64,000 bases of DNA, taken from assembly GCA_963728835.1 (NCBI GenBank), contig CAVSKZ010000003.1, positions 90,923 through 154,922 of the forward strand, given 5' to 3'. Both the position numbers and the translations under genes were made by a program. How positions within the stretch are numbered: the first letter of the stretch is position 1; the number at the start of each line of letters is the position of its first letter. Shown here piece by piece: positions 19,420 through 28,813 of this stretch. Source of the stretch: an uncultured Solirubrobacterales bacterium (GTDB taxonomy: Bacteria; Actinomycetota; Thermoleophilia; Solirubrobacterales; 70-9). The notes under the pieces were generated by a model. The model worked only from the letters and a program-made list of their open reading frames with translations, was not told the origin of the DNA and ran no database searches.

Positions 19420-20641
19420 CCGCGAGGTCGACTTCCTCCTCGTCGGCGGCGGCATGGCCGCCGCCCACTGCGCGGCGGAGCTGCGAAAGCGCGGCGCGGA
19501 GGGCACGATCCTGCTCGCCGGCCGTGAGCCCGAGCCCCCCTACGAACGCCCGCCGCTGTCCAAGGAGTACCTGCGCGGCGAGGCCGAGCGGGCCGATGCC
19601 TACGTCAACCCGCTCGCCTGGTACGAGGAGAACGGGGTCGAGCTGCGCTCCGGCGTCAACGTGATGTCGCTCGACCCGGCGGCGCGCACGGCGAAGCTGC
19701 AGGGGGGAGAGGAGGTCGCCTTCGGCAAGGCGCTGATCGCCACCGGGGCGATGGTCAACATCCTCCGGGTCGAGGGCGCCGAGAACGAGGGCATCCACTA
19801 CCTGCGCGCCTACGGCAATTCCGATGCGATCCGGGTCGATGCCGAGGCGGCCGAGCACGTCGTCCTCGTCGGCGGCAGCTACATCGGCGCCGAGGTGGCC
19901 GCCTCGCTGACCGCACGGGGGACGAAGTGCACGATCGTGACGATGGAGGACGTGGCGCTCTCCCGCAGCTTCGGCGAGGAGGCCGGCCGCTGGTTCCACG
20001 AGATGCTCGAGTCGAAGGGGGTCACGATCCACGGTGGCGAGGAGCTGGAGGCCTACGAGGGCGACGGCAGGGTCAAGGCGGTGCTGACCAAGAGCGGCCT
20101 CGCGGTCGAGTGCGACGCGGTGGTCGTCGGCGCCGGCGTGCGCCCCGACGCGATGCTGGCGCAGCGCGCCGGGCTGGAGGTCGACGACGGCATCGTCTGC
20201 GACTCGAAGCTGCAGACGTCCGCCGACGGGATCTACGCCGCCGGCGACTGCTGCTCCTATGAGAGCGTCGTCCACGGCCGCCGCCTGCGGGTCGAGCACT
20301 GGGACGTGGCGATGCAGCAGGGGGTGCACGCGGCAGGGAACATGCTCGGCGCGGACGCGGACTACGAGGTCGTCCCCTACTTCTTCAGCGATCTCGCCGA
20401 CTGGGCGAGCCTCGAGTACGTCGGGCCCGCCTCCGAGTGGGACGAGGAGGTCTGGCGGGGCGACCGCGACGCCGGCGAGTTCTCCGTCTGGTACCTGAAG
20501 GACGGCCGCGTCGCCGGCGCCCTCAGCGTCGAGCGATCCGAAGACCTCGCCGAAGCCCGCCGCCTGCTCGCCGCCGGGACTGACGTCTCCGCTGCCAGGG
20601 CCGCGATCGCGGACGCCGGCTTCGACCTTTCGGCTCTTTGA
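19412..20641 (+). CDS. FAD/NAD(P)-dependent pyridine nucleotide-disulfide oxidoreductase (ferredoxin-reductase/AIF-like)
   Basis: LLVGGGMAAAHCA, YERPPLSK, ATGA, VVLVGGSYIGAEVA, AAGDC and a C-terminal reductase dimerisation domain. Confidence 0.85.
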   Translation: MADREVDFLLVGGGMAAAHCAAELRKRGAEGTILLAGREPEPPYERPPLSKEYLRGEAERADAYVNPLAWYEENGVELRSGVNVMSLDPAARTAKLQGGEEVAFGKALIATGAMVNILRVEGAENEGIHYLRAYGNSDAIRVDAEAAEHVVLVGGSYIGAEVAASLTARGTKCTIVTMEDVALSRSFGEEAGRWFHEMLESKGVTIHGGEELEAYEGDGRVKAVLTKSGLAVECDAVVVGAGVRPDAMLAQRAGLEVDDGIVCDSKLQTSADGIYAAGDCCSYESVVHGRRLRVEHWDVAMQQGVHAAGNMLGADADYEVVPYFFSDLADWASLEYVGPASEWDEEVWRGDRDAGEFSVWYLKDGRVAGALSVERSEDLAEARRLLAAGTDVSAARAAIADAGFDLSAL

Positions 20642-20699
20642 GCGCCTAAACAGGCACCTTGGATCGGATAGCCTGTTGAGCGGGCACCTCGCCCGTCTG

Positions 20700-20770
20700 T
20701 GCCCGGTCGTCTAGTGGCAAGACACTCGGCTCTGGACCGAGGAACGGTGGTTCGAATCCATCCCGGGCAG
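20700..20770 (+). tRNA. tRNA-Gln (anticodon CTG)
   Basis: Hand-folded cloverleaf. The acceptor TGCCCGG/CCGGGCA has the U1-A72 pair typical of bacterial tRNA-Gln. The anticodon stem is CTCGG/CCGAG with loop CT-CTG-GA. The T arm is GGTGG-TTCGAAT-CCATC and the discriminator is G. No encoded CCA. Confidence 0.85.
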
Positions 20771-20809
20771 CTTTTGTCTCGCGCTCCGGGGGCAACGTTC
20801 TGTCCGAGC

Positions 20810-21030
20810 CTTGATCGAACATTTGCTCGATGAGAAAAAGAGTCGGAGAGCCTGCTCGCTCTTGGGCTTTCACGGCAGGAGATCGCGCGAAGGCTCGGAA
20901 TCACGTCAATGGCGATGGGCAGGACAATCGGCTGGAGAACCTTCAGTTGCTCTGCGGCAACTGCCACGCACAGACTGACAACTGGGGTGGGCGGGGCAGA
21001 AAGCAAAAGCGCAGTCGCCAGGCGTGCTGA
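20810..21030 (+). pseudogene. HNH endonuclease remnant (internally deleted, frameshifted)
   Basis: One frame reads LLALGLSRQEIARRLGI (an HTH segment). It then joins directly, in another frame, to HVNGDGQDNRLENLQLLCGNCHAQTDNWGGRG (the HNH core). The region between them in full-length homologs is missing. Confidence 0.6.
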
Positions 21031-21063
21031 GCGTCTATCCACTCTGCTACTTTCGCCCCTCGC

Positions 21064-21771
21064 ATGAGACCCCGTCACGCTTCGCTTCTCTCCCTGCTGG
21101 TTGTCATCGCGTTCCTCGCCGGCTGCGGTGGGGGGGACGATTCGACCGAATCGGCGCCTGTGGCGAGCACGCCGACCGTCGAGGCTGTGACGCAGGCCGA
21201 ACTGATCGAACGGGGGGACGCGATCTGCGCCGAGGTCAACGCCGCTGTCGGCACGGTCGGGGCAAGCACGGAAACGGGCGGCGCCGCCGAGCAGGCGGCA
21301 GGTCTCTACACCGGCATGGTCGACAGCCTGAAGGGCATCGGGGAACCGCAGGAAACCACCGGCTACCCGGAGTTCATCGCCGCCGCCGAAGCGCTTGCCA
21401 CGGCTGAGGACGAAGTCGAGCTGGCTTCCGAACGCGAAGACACAGCAACCCTCGAAAGCGCCGAATCGAACGCGTCCTCGGCGCTCGCCGACTTCCAGTC
21501 GGCCGCGGAGGAATACGGCTTCGAGCAGTGCAGCGAGGGTCCCAGCGCCCCGGTCAGCACAGGAACTGGACCCGAAGCAGGCGAACCCGGCGCCGCGGAA
21601 GCCCCCGAAGAAGAAGCTGCTCCAGAAGCGGTGGAACCGGAAGCAGAAGAAGCTCCGGAAGCTGCGCCTGAAACCGGCGGGGCCGGTGGCACCGCCGAAG
21701 GTGGCGGTACTGCTGGAGCCCCCGAAGGCGGCGGCACGACTGGCGGTAGCTCCGGCGGCATCGGCCCCTAG
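21064..21771 (+). CDS. lipoprotein with acidic/Gly-rich low-complexity tail (hypothetical)
   Basis: The lipobox LLVVIAFLAGC follows a basic N-terminus. The C-terminal half is Glu/Ala/Pro/Gly-rich. Confidence 0.65.
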   Translation: MRPRHASLLSLLVVIAFLAGCGGGDDSTESAPVASTPTVEAVTQAELIERGDAICAEVNAAVGTVGASTETGGAAEQAAGLYTGMVDSLKGIGEPQETTGYPEFIAAAEALATAEDEVELASEREDTATLESAESNASSALADFQSAAEEYGFEQCSEGPSAPVSTGTGPEAGEPGAAEAPEEEAAPEAVEPEAEEAPEAAPETGGAGGTAEGGGTAGAPEGGGTTGGSSGGIGP

Positions 21772-21788
21772 CCGAGGGGCGACTCCAA

Positions 21789-21856
21789 GACGGCCTCGGG
21801 GGTCCTTCCCCAGGCCGCTTCGCAGGAGTTCCTGGGGAAGGACCCCCGAGGCCGTC
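21789..21856. terminator. 26-bp perfect inverted repeat between convergent genes (bidirectional terminator candidate)
   Basis: GACGGCCTCGGGGGTCCTTCCCCAGG (21789-21814) is the exact reverse complement of 21831-21856, with a 16-nt loop. The right arm abuts the ABC gene stop codon. Confidence 0.6.
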
Positions 21857-23720
21857 AGGCAGCCGAGCTTCGTTCCCAGGCGCCGTAAAGCCGCGAGTAC
21901 GGCCCGCCGGCCCCGATCAGCTCCTCGTGCGTGCCGGTCTCGGCGATGCGTCCTCCTTCGAGGACGACGATCTTGCCGGCTCGGCGAATCGTCGAGAGCC
22001 GGTGGGCGATCACGATCGCGGTGCGGCCGGCCAGCAGGCGCTCCAGCCCGCGCTCGATCGTCTTCTCGGTGCGCACGTCGACGTTCGAGGTCGCCTCGTC
22101 GAGGATAAGGATGCGGGGCTCGGCGATCAGCGCCCTGGCGAAGGCGACGAGCTGGCGCTGGCCGGCCGAGAGATGCACTCCCCTCTCTCCGACCTCGGTC
22201 TCGATCCCCTCCGGCAGCGCCGCGATGAAGTCCGTTGCGCCGACGGCCGCCGCCGCGGCTTCGATCTCCTCCAGCGAGGCGCCCGGCCGGCCGAAGGCGA
22301 TGTTCTCGCGCACGCTGCCGGAGAAGAGGAAGCCCTCCTGGGGGACGATCCCGAGCTGTCGCCGCAGCGCCTGCTGGCGCATATCGCGCAGGTCGTGGCC
22401 GTCGACCAGCACACGGCCTCGCTGGGGGTCGTAGAAGCGCGCGACCAGCTTCGCGAAGGTCGACTTGCCGGCTCCGGTGGCGCCGACCAGGGCCAGCGTC
22501 TGTCCGGGGGGCACGTGCAGGTCGACTTCCTCCAGCGCCCAGGAATCAGGCGGCGGATGCTCTGCTCCCGCAAGCTCGCGCTCATCATTACCGGAGATCT
22601 CGCGAGCTTGCTCCCGCGTCCGCTCCGCCTCGTCGGCATAGGAGAAGCTGACACCTTCCATCTCGATCTCGCCGCGCAGGGTTCCCGGGTCGAGGGCAGC
22701 GGGCGCGTCGACCATGTCCGGCTTGGTGTCGAGCAGCTCGAAGATCTTGTCGAGGGCCGCCATCCCCTGCTGGTAGGTCGTGTACAGCTGGGAGAGCTGC
22801 TGGATCGGGTCGAAGAAGAGCTGGAGGTAGCCGATGAAGGCGACGATCACGCCGACCTGGATGGCGTCGTCGATCGCCAGGGTGCCGCCGTAGAGGATGA
22901 TCGCTGCGGTGCCGACGGCCGAGAGCAGTTCCACGCCGGGGAAGTAGGTGGCGTTGAGGTAGACGGTCTTCATGTTGGCCTCGCGGTTGGCCTCGTTGAG
23001 CTCGTCCATCGCGGTCGTGTGCCGCGTCTCCTGGCCGAAGCTGCGAACCACCCGCACTCCGCTCAGCGTCTCCTGGAGATAGGCCGTGACAGCGGCGATC
23101 CGCTCGCGCGTGGCCCGGTAGGCGCCGTGGGAGACGATCCGGAAGATGACGCTGGCGATCGCCAGCAGCGGGAAGGTGAGGAAGGCGACCAGGGCCAGCT
23201 TCAGGTCGAGCAGGAGCATGATCGTCACCACGCCGATCAGGGTGAGGCCGCTGGAGAGCAGCGTCACCGCTCCCGTGGTGACGAGCTGGTTGAGCGCCTC
23301 GATGTCGTTGGTCAGGCGGCTGATCAGCATGCCCGGGCTGCGCCGCGTGAAGAAGCCGATCGACATCGACTGGATGTGGGCGAATACGTGCTCACGCAGG
23401 TCCTGGAGGGCGCGGGTGCCGACCCAGCCGACCAGGTAGGTCTGGGCGTAGGTGGCGATGGCGTAGACGATCGCCGCGCAGACGAAGACGATCACGATCA
23501 GCGCAAGGGCGGCGGTGTCGCGGGTGGCGATGCCGGCGTCGATCGCCTGTCCGGCGAGGTACGGGGGCGCGAGCCCGGCGGCGGTGGCGGCGAGGATCGC
23601 GACGAGGGTCAGCGTGACCCGTCCGCGGTAAGGACGCAGCAGTCCGGCAAGCCAGCGCAGCTTGCGGGCACGCTGGTCCTCGCCGCGGAGCAGGCGCCAG
23701 AGGTTGCCGATCCGTCTCAC
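21855..23720 (-). CDS. ABC exporter, fused permease/ATPase subunit (MdlB/heterodimeric type)
   Basis: Six-TM domain followed by Walker A GATGAGKST, signature LSAGQRQ and Walker B ILILDEATS. The likely start is GTG at 23720 (VRRIGNLWRLL), not the track start at 23753. Confidence 0.88.
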   Translation of the reverse strand: MRRIGNLWRLLRGEDQRARKLRWLAGLLRPYRGRVTLTLVAILAATAAGLAPPYLAGQAIDAGIATRDTAALALIVIVFVCAAIVYAIATYAQTYLVGWVGTRALQDLREHVFAHIQSMSIGFFTRRSPGMLISRLTNDIEALNQLVTTGAVTLLSSGLTLIGVVTIMLLLDLKLALVAFLTFPLLAIASVIFRIVSHGAYRATRERIAAVTAYLQETLSGVRVVRSFGQETRHTTAMDELNEANREANMKTVYLNATYFPGVELLSAVGTAAIILYGGTLAIDDAIQVGVIVAFIGYLQLFFDPIQQLSQLYTTYQQGMAALDKIFELLDTKPDMVDAPAALDPGTLRGEIEMEGVSFSYADEAERTREQAREISGNDERELAGAEHPPPDSWALEEVDLHVPPGQTLALVGATGAGKSTFAKLVARFYDPQRGRVLVDGHDLRDMRQQALRRQLGIVPQEGFLFSGSVRENIAFGRPGASLEEIEAAAAAVGATDFIAALPEGIETEVGERGVHLSAGQRQLVAFARALIAEPRILILDEATSNVDVRTEKTIERGLERLLAGRTAIVIAHRLSTIRRAGKIVVLEGGRIAETGTHEELIGAGGPYSRLYGAWERSSAA

Positions 23721-23737
23721 AGGTGCGCCTCGCGTTC

Positions 23738-23793
23738 GCGCCCCAATCGACACGGATTCGAGCCCCCGGAAGTCACCGTGTCGATTGGGGCGC
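23738..23793 (-). promoter_or_regulatory. 18-bp perfect intercistronic hairpin between the two ABC genes
   Basis: GCGCCCCAATCGACACGG (23738-23755) is the exact reverse complement of 23776-23793, with a 20-nt loop. It fills the gap between the upstream stop (23794-23796) and the downstream start. Confidence 0.5.
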
Positions 23794-25612
23794 TCACAGC
23801 CGGGCCAGCTCCTCGCGCTGCTCGAGGTCGCGCTGGAGGAAGACCGTGTCGGCGAGGCCGTGCTCGGCGATCTCCCGGTAGAAGCCGCACCCCTCGAGCA
23901 GCTCCTCGTGGGTGCCGCGGTCGACTATCCGGCCCCGTCCATCACCACCACCTCGTCGGCAAGCGAGACGGTGGAGAGGCGGTGGGCGATGACGAAGGTC
24001 GTGCGGCCGGCCATCGCTTCCTGCAGTCCCGTCTTGATCGCCGCCTCGGTGGTCGCGTCGACAGCCGAGGTGGCGTCGTCGAGGATCAGGATCCGCGGGT
24101 CGGCCAGCAGGGCACGGGCGATCGCCACCCGCTGGCGCTGCCCGCCGGAGAGGGTGAGGCCGCGCTCGCCCACGGTGGTGTCGTAGCCGCCGGGCAGGTC
24201 GCGGATGAACTCGTCCGCCTGGGCGCGGCGGGCGGCCACTTCGATCTCCTCGCGGCTCGCCTGCGGCCGGGCGTAGGCGATGTTCTCGGCGACGCTGGCG
24301 CTGAAGAGGAAGCTGTCGTCGGCGACGAAGGCGACCTGCGAGCGCAGCGATGCGACGTCGACCGTGCGTATGTCCACCCCGTCGACCAGCACCGACCCCT
24401 CGCCGGCGTCATACAGCCTGGCGATCAGCGCAACCAGGCTGGTCTTGCCCGAGCCCGACGGCCCGACCAGGGCCACCGTGCTCCCCGCGGCCACGTCGAG
24501 GTTGACGTCGCTCAGGGCCGCATCCGACTTCGACCCACCCTCAGCGTGGTTTTCCACGTCGGATGCGCCGGCGCGGTCACTGCCGTAGCGCAGGGTCACC
24601 CCCCGCAGCTCGACTCGTCCCCCGCCGGCCGGCAGGGCGGGTGCTCCGGGGGGCTCTCGATCCGCGGCTCGCGGTCGAGCACTTCGAACAGCCGGTTGCC
24701 GGAGGCGATTGCCCGCTGTGCCATGCCCAGCGTCATCCCCAGCATCCGCATCGGCGCCGCCAGCATCACGACGTAGACGTAGAAGGCGGTGAAGGCGCCG
24801 AGGCTGAGGCTGCCGGCGATCACCTGGCGACCGCCGACGAGCAGGACCAGCGCTATCCCGATCTGGGGGAGGAAGCCGAGGAGCGGCGAGAAGAAAGCCT
24901 GCAGGCGGGTCGAGTAGACGCTCTGGTCGAAGACGCGGGTGACGGCGCGCTGAAAGCGGTGCAACTGGTGCTCCTCGCGGGCGAAGGCCTTGACGATGCG
25001 GATGCCGGAGACGCTCTCCTCGGCTTCGGCGGTCAGCTCGGCGAGACGTTGCTGCACCTCCTGCACGGCCGGCCGCGAGACCCGGTTGTAGCGGGAGGAG
25101 GCGTAGACGACGAACGGGGCCGGGGCCAGCGCAATCAGCGCCAGCCAGGGCTCGAGCGCGAACATCACCGCGCTGGCGAGGACGATCGTCAGCAGGTTCT
25201 GGGTGATGAAGATCAGGCCGTAGCCGAGGAAGAAGCGGATCGACTGCAGGTCGACGGTCGCCCGCGACATCAGCTGACCCGTCTGCTGGCCGTCGAAGAA
25301 GCCCAGCTCGAGCCGCTGCAGGTGCCCGTAGAAGCGCTGGCGCAGGTCGAACTCGACCGCAAGCGAGACTTTTCCCGCCACCACCCGCCGCACGAGGGTC
25401 AACCCCAGGCGCAGGATCCCGGCGGTGACGATCGCCAGCGCCAGCGGAAGCAGGTCAGGCTGTTCTTCGGCCTGGATCGCGTTGATCGCGCGCCCGATCA
25501 GCCACGGGATCAAGACCGTCATCCCCATCGCGGCCCAGGCGAACACCAGCGATCCCCAGAGCTGACCCCGGTAGGGACGGAGGAAGGCGGTCAGACGGCG
25601 GTAGGTCCGCAT
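23794..25612 (-). CDS. ABC exporter, fused permease/ATPase subunit; two homopolymer frameshifts (about 24648-24653 and about 23929-23936)
   Basis: The TMD (25612-24650) ends LFEVLDREPRIESPP. The NBD has GPSGSGKTS, LSGGQRQR and ILILDDATS. After VVVMDG the frame must shift to read RIVDRGTHEELL...REIAEHGL...ELARL-stop at 23794. The track splits it into 24596..25612 and 23925..24599. Confidence 0.85.
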
Positions 25613-25708
25613 CGAATCTCACTATACAAAGTGAAGTATTGGCCCCCGTGGGTCGGGGGACCGGTGAAGATGCGTCACAGCGCAGGGAGAGTTGGGCCGG
25701 CCGGCCCC

Positions 25709-26727
25709 CTACCTGGCATCGGGCAAGGCACGCCCAGGATGCCGGCTTGCCTTGTACTCGTCGACCCATTGACGGGTCGAGTACCAATTTCCTCCATATT
25801 TGTTGGCCTTGAGCCTGCCGCGCTGCGCAGCCCCGACAAGCGCCGCTCGCGATAGATCTCCGTCTGCGAGTCCGGCGAGGGGAACCACAGAAAGCGGCCC
25901 GGCGAGATTGGGCATCAAGAAGCGGTAAATGCCCTCTTGGACAGACCGAGCAAGCAGTTCAGCGAGCGCGCCAGGATCTCCGTCGTCGGCTCGCTGCAGG
26001 GCCGCCAGATAGCGTTTTCGCTCCTCCTTGTAGATGATCGCGGGGGGATAGCCGTTTTGAACCAGGAGCATCGTCAGCACTAGGCGACCGGCTCGGCCAT
26101 TGCCATCCGGGAATGGGTGAATCCGCTCGAGCGTGGCATGGCGCTCAGCCAGGTGCTCGATGACATGGCAGTCCTTGGGGGGCCCGGCATTGGTCTCCTT
26201 CAGCCAATCTCCCACCAGGGCCGAAACTATGCTGGGCGGCGGTGGCGTCAAATCGGGTCGGAGGGGTTCGATGTCGCCCGTTCGGTAGCCCCCCGGTTTC
26301 TCGTCGGCTCGGAGGCCCTCGGGCGGGAAGTGAACCCAGACGGACTCGACAGCAAGTTGGTGGATGCGACGTAGATCGGACTCCTTGATCGTGTCTCCGC
26401 CCTGGAACCGCCCACGGTAGGCGCCCTCGTAAGTCCAGCGTGCAGCCTCTCCATAGGCCTTCGCCTCCATCCACTCCTTGAGCTCGTGGGCGCTCCCGGT
26501 GACAACGCCCGCCTCGAGAAGGAGTGGACCTGTTTTCGACGCAGCGTGTTTCCCTCGATCGCGGTCGAGTTGTGGGTCTCTTCGATCCAGATGTCGGCCC
26601 ATACGTCTTCGAAGACGGTGGGCTCGGGAAGACCGCCAATGATGTTCAAATCTCGACGAGCCTCGTCGAGATTCCTGAAGACCCGTTGGCGGCTGGGACG
26701 TCCTCGTGGCATAGCCTCGTCCAGCAT
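25709..26727 (-). CDS. Fic-family AMPylase, class II (intramolecular inhibitory motif); 1-nt indel near 26521-26530
   Basis: HPFPDGNGRAGR Fic motif with an upstream STAIEGN, which fits the (S/T)xxxE(G/N) inhibitory helix. The track splits it into 26248..26802 and 25709..26602. The local sequence is less GC-rich than the flanks. Confidence 0.8.
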
Positions 26728-26869
26728 AGCTGTTTTTAACTTGATCTGGACAAGGTTGCGAACATCAGTTCGGTTGTCGTGGCAGGGAAAAACTAATTCC
26801 ATCTGGACCAGGTTTCAGAAAATCCCTGGAGAGTCTGCTTCCAGCCTGACCGGGATGGCGGTCAGGGCG

Positions 26870-27505
26870 CTAGTCGAAGGCGGCGGCCTTGGCGCTGGGA
26901 ACCTTGCCGCCGCTGCACTTCGGGCCGTGGCCGGAGCGGGGGAGGATCTGGAAATTGGTGACCGCGTGGACCGGAGTGGGGGAGCCGTCGTTCTGGGCGA
27001 GGGTGATGACCAGCCGGTAGAACCCAGAGCGCAGGTCGTGGTAGTAGATCTCGGGCCTGGTCGCCGGCGAGTAGCTGCCCGCAGAGCCGATCCGCTCGGC
27101 CAGCACGCCGTTGGGGCCCGCGTACTCGGGGAAGTCGAAGGAGGCGCCGACCAGGCGGCCTTTGCCGAATGGGCTGTCGATCGCCCGCTGGAGCTTCACC
27201 GGGTCGACGCAGTCGGGGACCCGGTTGAGCCCGAAGCGGATGTGGCCCTCGCCCAGCTGCGGTTCGCCGCCGAAGTGGCGTGGCGCCAGCTGGAAGTTGT
27301 CCAGGGCGACCTTGACCACGACCGCGTGGCTCGACTGCCGGGCGCCGTTGCGGGGGGAGATCACCTCCACGCTGGGGCGACCCGTTTCCGTGTCGCCGTC
27401 GGCCCGCGCGGTGCCCCCGTCCCTGCCTCCGCCCAGGAGGAGGACGACGAGGGCGACGGCCGCCGCGGACCCGGCGGCGAGGAGGATCGAGGTTCTGCCT
27501 CGCAT
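26870..27505 (-). CDS. secreted hypothetical protein
   Basis: MRGRTSILLAAGSAAAVALVVLLLGGG signal/anchor followed by a beta-rich domain. Only the last 212 codons of track ORF 26870..28576 look coding. Confidence 0.6.
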   Translation of the reverse strand: MRGRTSILLAAGSAAAVALVVLLLGGGRDGGTARADGDTETGRPSVEVISPRNGARQSSHAVVVKVALDNFQLAPRHFGGEPQLGEGHIRFGLNRVPDCVDPVKLQRAIDSPFGKGRLVGASFDFPEYAGPNGVLAERIGSAGSYSPATRPEIYYHDLRSGFYRLVITLAQNDGSPTPVHAVTNFQILPRSGHGPKCSGGKVPSAKAAAFD

Positions 27506-27550
27506 GGCGGCCGGGACTTTACGCCTACCGACCCCATAGGCTTTTCCGGG

Positions 27551-27979
27551 ATGAGCCCCGCCGCTGAATTCGCCTACCGGCTCGGTGCCGCCGCACGCCG
27601 CCCGGCCAGCTGGTGGCAGCTGATCAAATTCGGTCTCGTCGGCGGCTCGGGGTACGTGATCAACCTCGCCGTCTTCGCCCTGCTCAGCGCCGAGCTCGGC
27701 CTCCATCACGTCCCAGCCGCCCTCGGCGCCTTCTGCGTCGCGGTGAGCAGCAACTTCCTCTGGAACCGGCACTGGACCTTCGCGGCTGCCGATGGCCATG
27801 CGGGGTTCCAGGCGGCCCGCTTCTTCGCCGTCAGCGCCGGCGCGCTGCTGATCAACCTGATCGCTCTCGAAACCCTCCTGCTCGGCACCACCCTCGGCGC
27901 GCTTCCGGCGCAGGCGATCGCGGTCGCGATCGCGATGCCGTTCAACTTCCTCGGCAACAAGCTCTGGACGTTCGCGTAG
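27551..27979 (+). CDS. GtrA-family membrane protein
   Basis: WWQLIKFGLVGGSGYVINLAVF...NFLWNRHWTF...NFLGNKLWTF, the four-TM GtrA pattern; ATG at 27551. Confidence 0.8.
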   Translation: MSPAAEFAYRLGAAARRPASWWQLIKFGLVGGSGYVINLAVFALLSAELGLHHVPAALGAFCVAVSSNFLWNRHWTFAAADGHAGFQAARFFAVSAGALLINLIALETLLLGTTLGALPAQAIAVAIAMPFNFLGNKLWTFA

Positions 27980-28036
27980 CCCGGCTGTTCGGTGTCCCCG
28001 CTCGCCCGGGCGTTTGGGCGCTAAGATTCCTGACCA

Positions 28037-28813
28037 ATGGCGCAGGCCAGTGCAATCGAGATTCCCTCCGACTGGTACCGCCGGGCGTTTCCGCCCGAGG
28101 AGACCACCCGCAGGCCGTGGGCGGACCAAACCGAGTCCGAAGTCGATCGCGCCCTGGCGATGCTCGGCGCGACCGGCTCCGAGCGGGTGCTGGACCTCGC
28201 CTGCGGAACGGGAAGGCACTCGCTGGAGCTGGCGCGAAGGGGCTTCTCGGCTGTCGGCGTCGACATCTCGCGAGACCTGCTCGAGATCGCCGAAAAGGAC
28301 GCGGAGGCGCAGTCCCTCGACGCCACCTTTGCCGAAGCGGACCTGCGCAAGCTGGACTTCAGCGAGGAGTTCGACCTGGTTCTCAGCCTCAACGACGGCG
28401 CCGTCGGCTACTTCGAGACCGAGGAGGAGAACCGCCGCACCTTCGAGGTCGTTGCGCAGGCGCTGCGCCCCGGCGGCGGGCACCTGATGCAGCTTCCGAA
28501 CGTCCTCTACGCCGAAACGCACCTGCCGCAGAAAACCTGGATCGAGGGCGATTCGATGATCGAACTGATCGACCACCGCTGGGACAGCCGGACCCGCTAC
28601 TTAGAAGGGACGACGACCCCGATCCACTTCGGCGACGTCTTCGAGGGCGTCTCCCCGATTCCGTTTCGCCAGCGCCTTTACTCCGTCGAGGAGATCGAAG
28701 GCCTCTACGAGTCGGTCGGCATGACCCTGGCAAACGTCTTCAGGGGCAACGGCAAGCCGCGGCCCCCGAAGGACACGCAGTTCGAGCTCTTCGTCGCAGG
28801 CCGGAAGCTTTAG
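28037..28813 (+). CDS. class I SAM-dependent methyltransferase
   Basis: VLDLACGTGRHSLELARRGFSAVGVDIS (motif I and the post-I acidic residue) and LRPGG. The TAG stop is the first 3 nt of the MITE-like element. Confidence 0.82.
   Translation: MAQASAIEIPSDWYRRAFPPEETTRRPWADQTESEVDRALAMLGATGSERVLDLACGTGRHSLELARRGFSAVGVDISRDLLEIAEKDAEAQSLDATFAEADLRKLDFSEEFDLVLSLNDGAVGYFETEEENRRTFEVVAQALRPGGGHLMQLPNVLYAETHLPQKTWIEGDSMIELIDHRWDSRTRYLEGTTTPIHFGDVFEGVSPIPFRQRLYSVEEIEGLYESVGMTLANVFRGNGKPRPPKDTQFELFVAGRKL

Noticed and set aside
21927-24776. 949-aa plus-strand ORF spanning both ABC exporter genes
   Set aside because: It is antisense to two genes carrying Walker A, signature and Walker B motifs. The translation is Gly/Arg/Asp/Leu-rich and has no recognisable domain.
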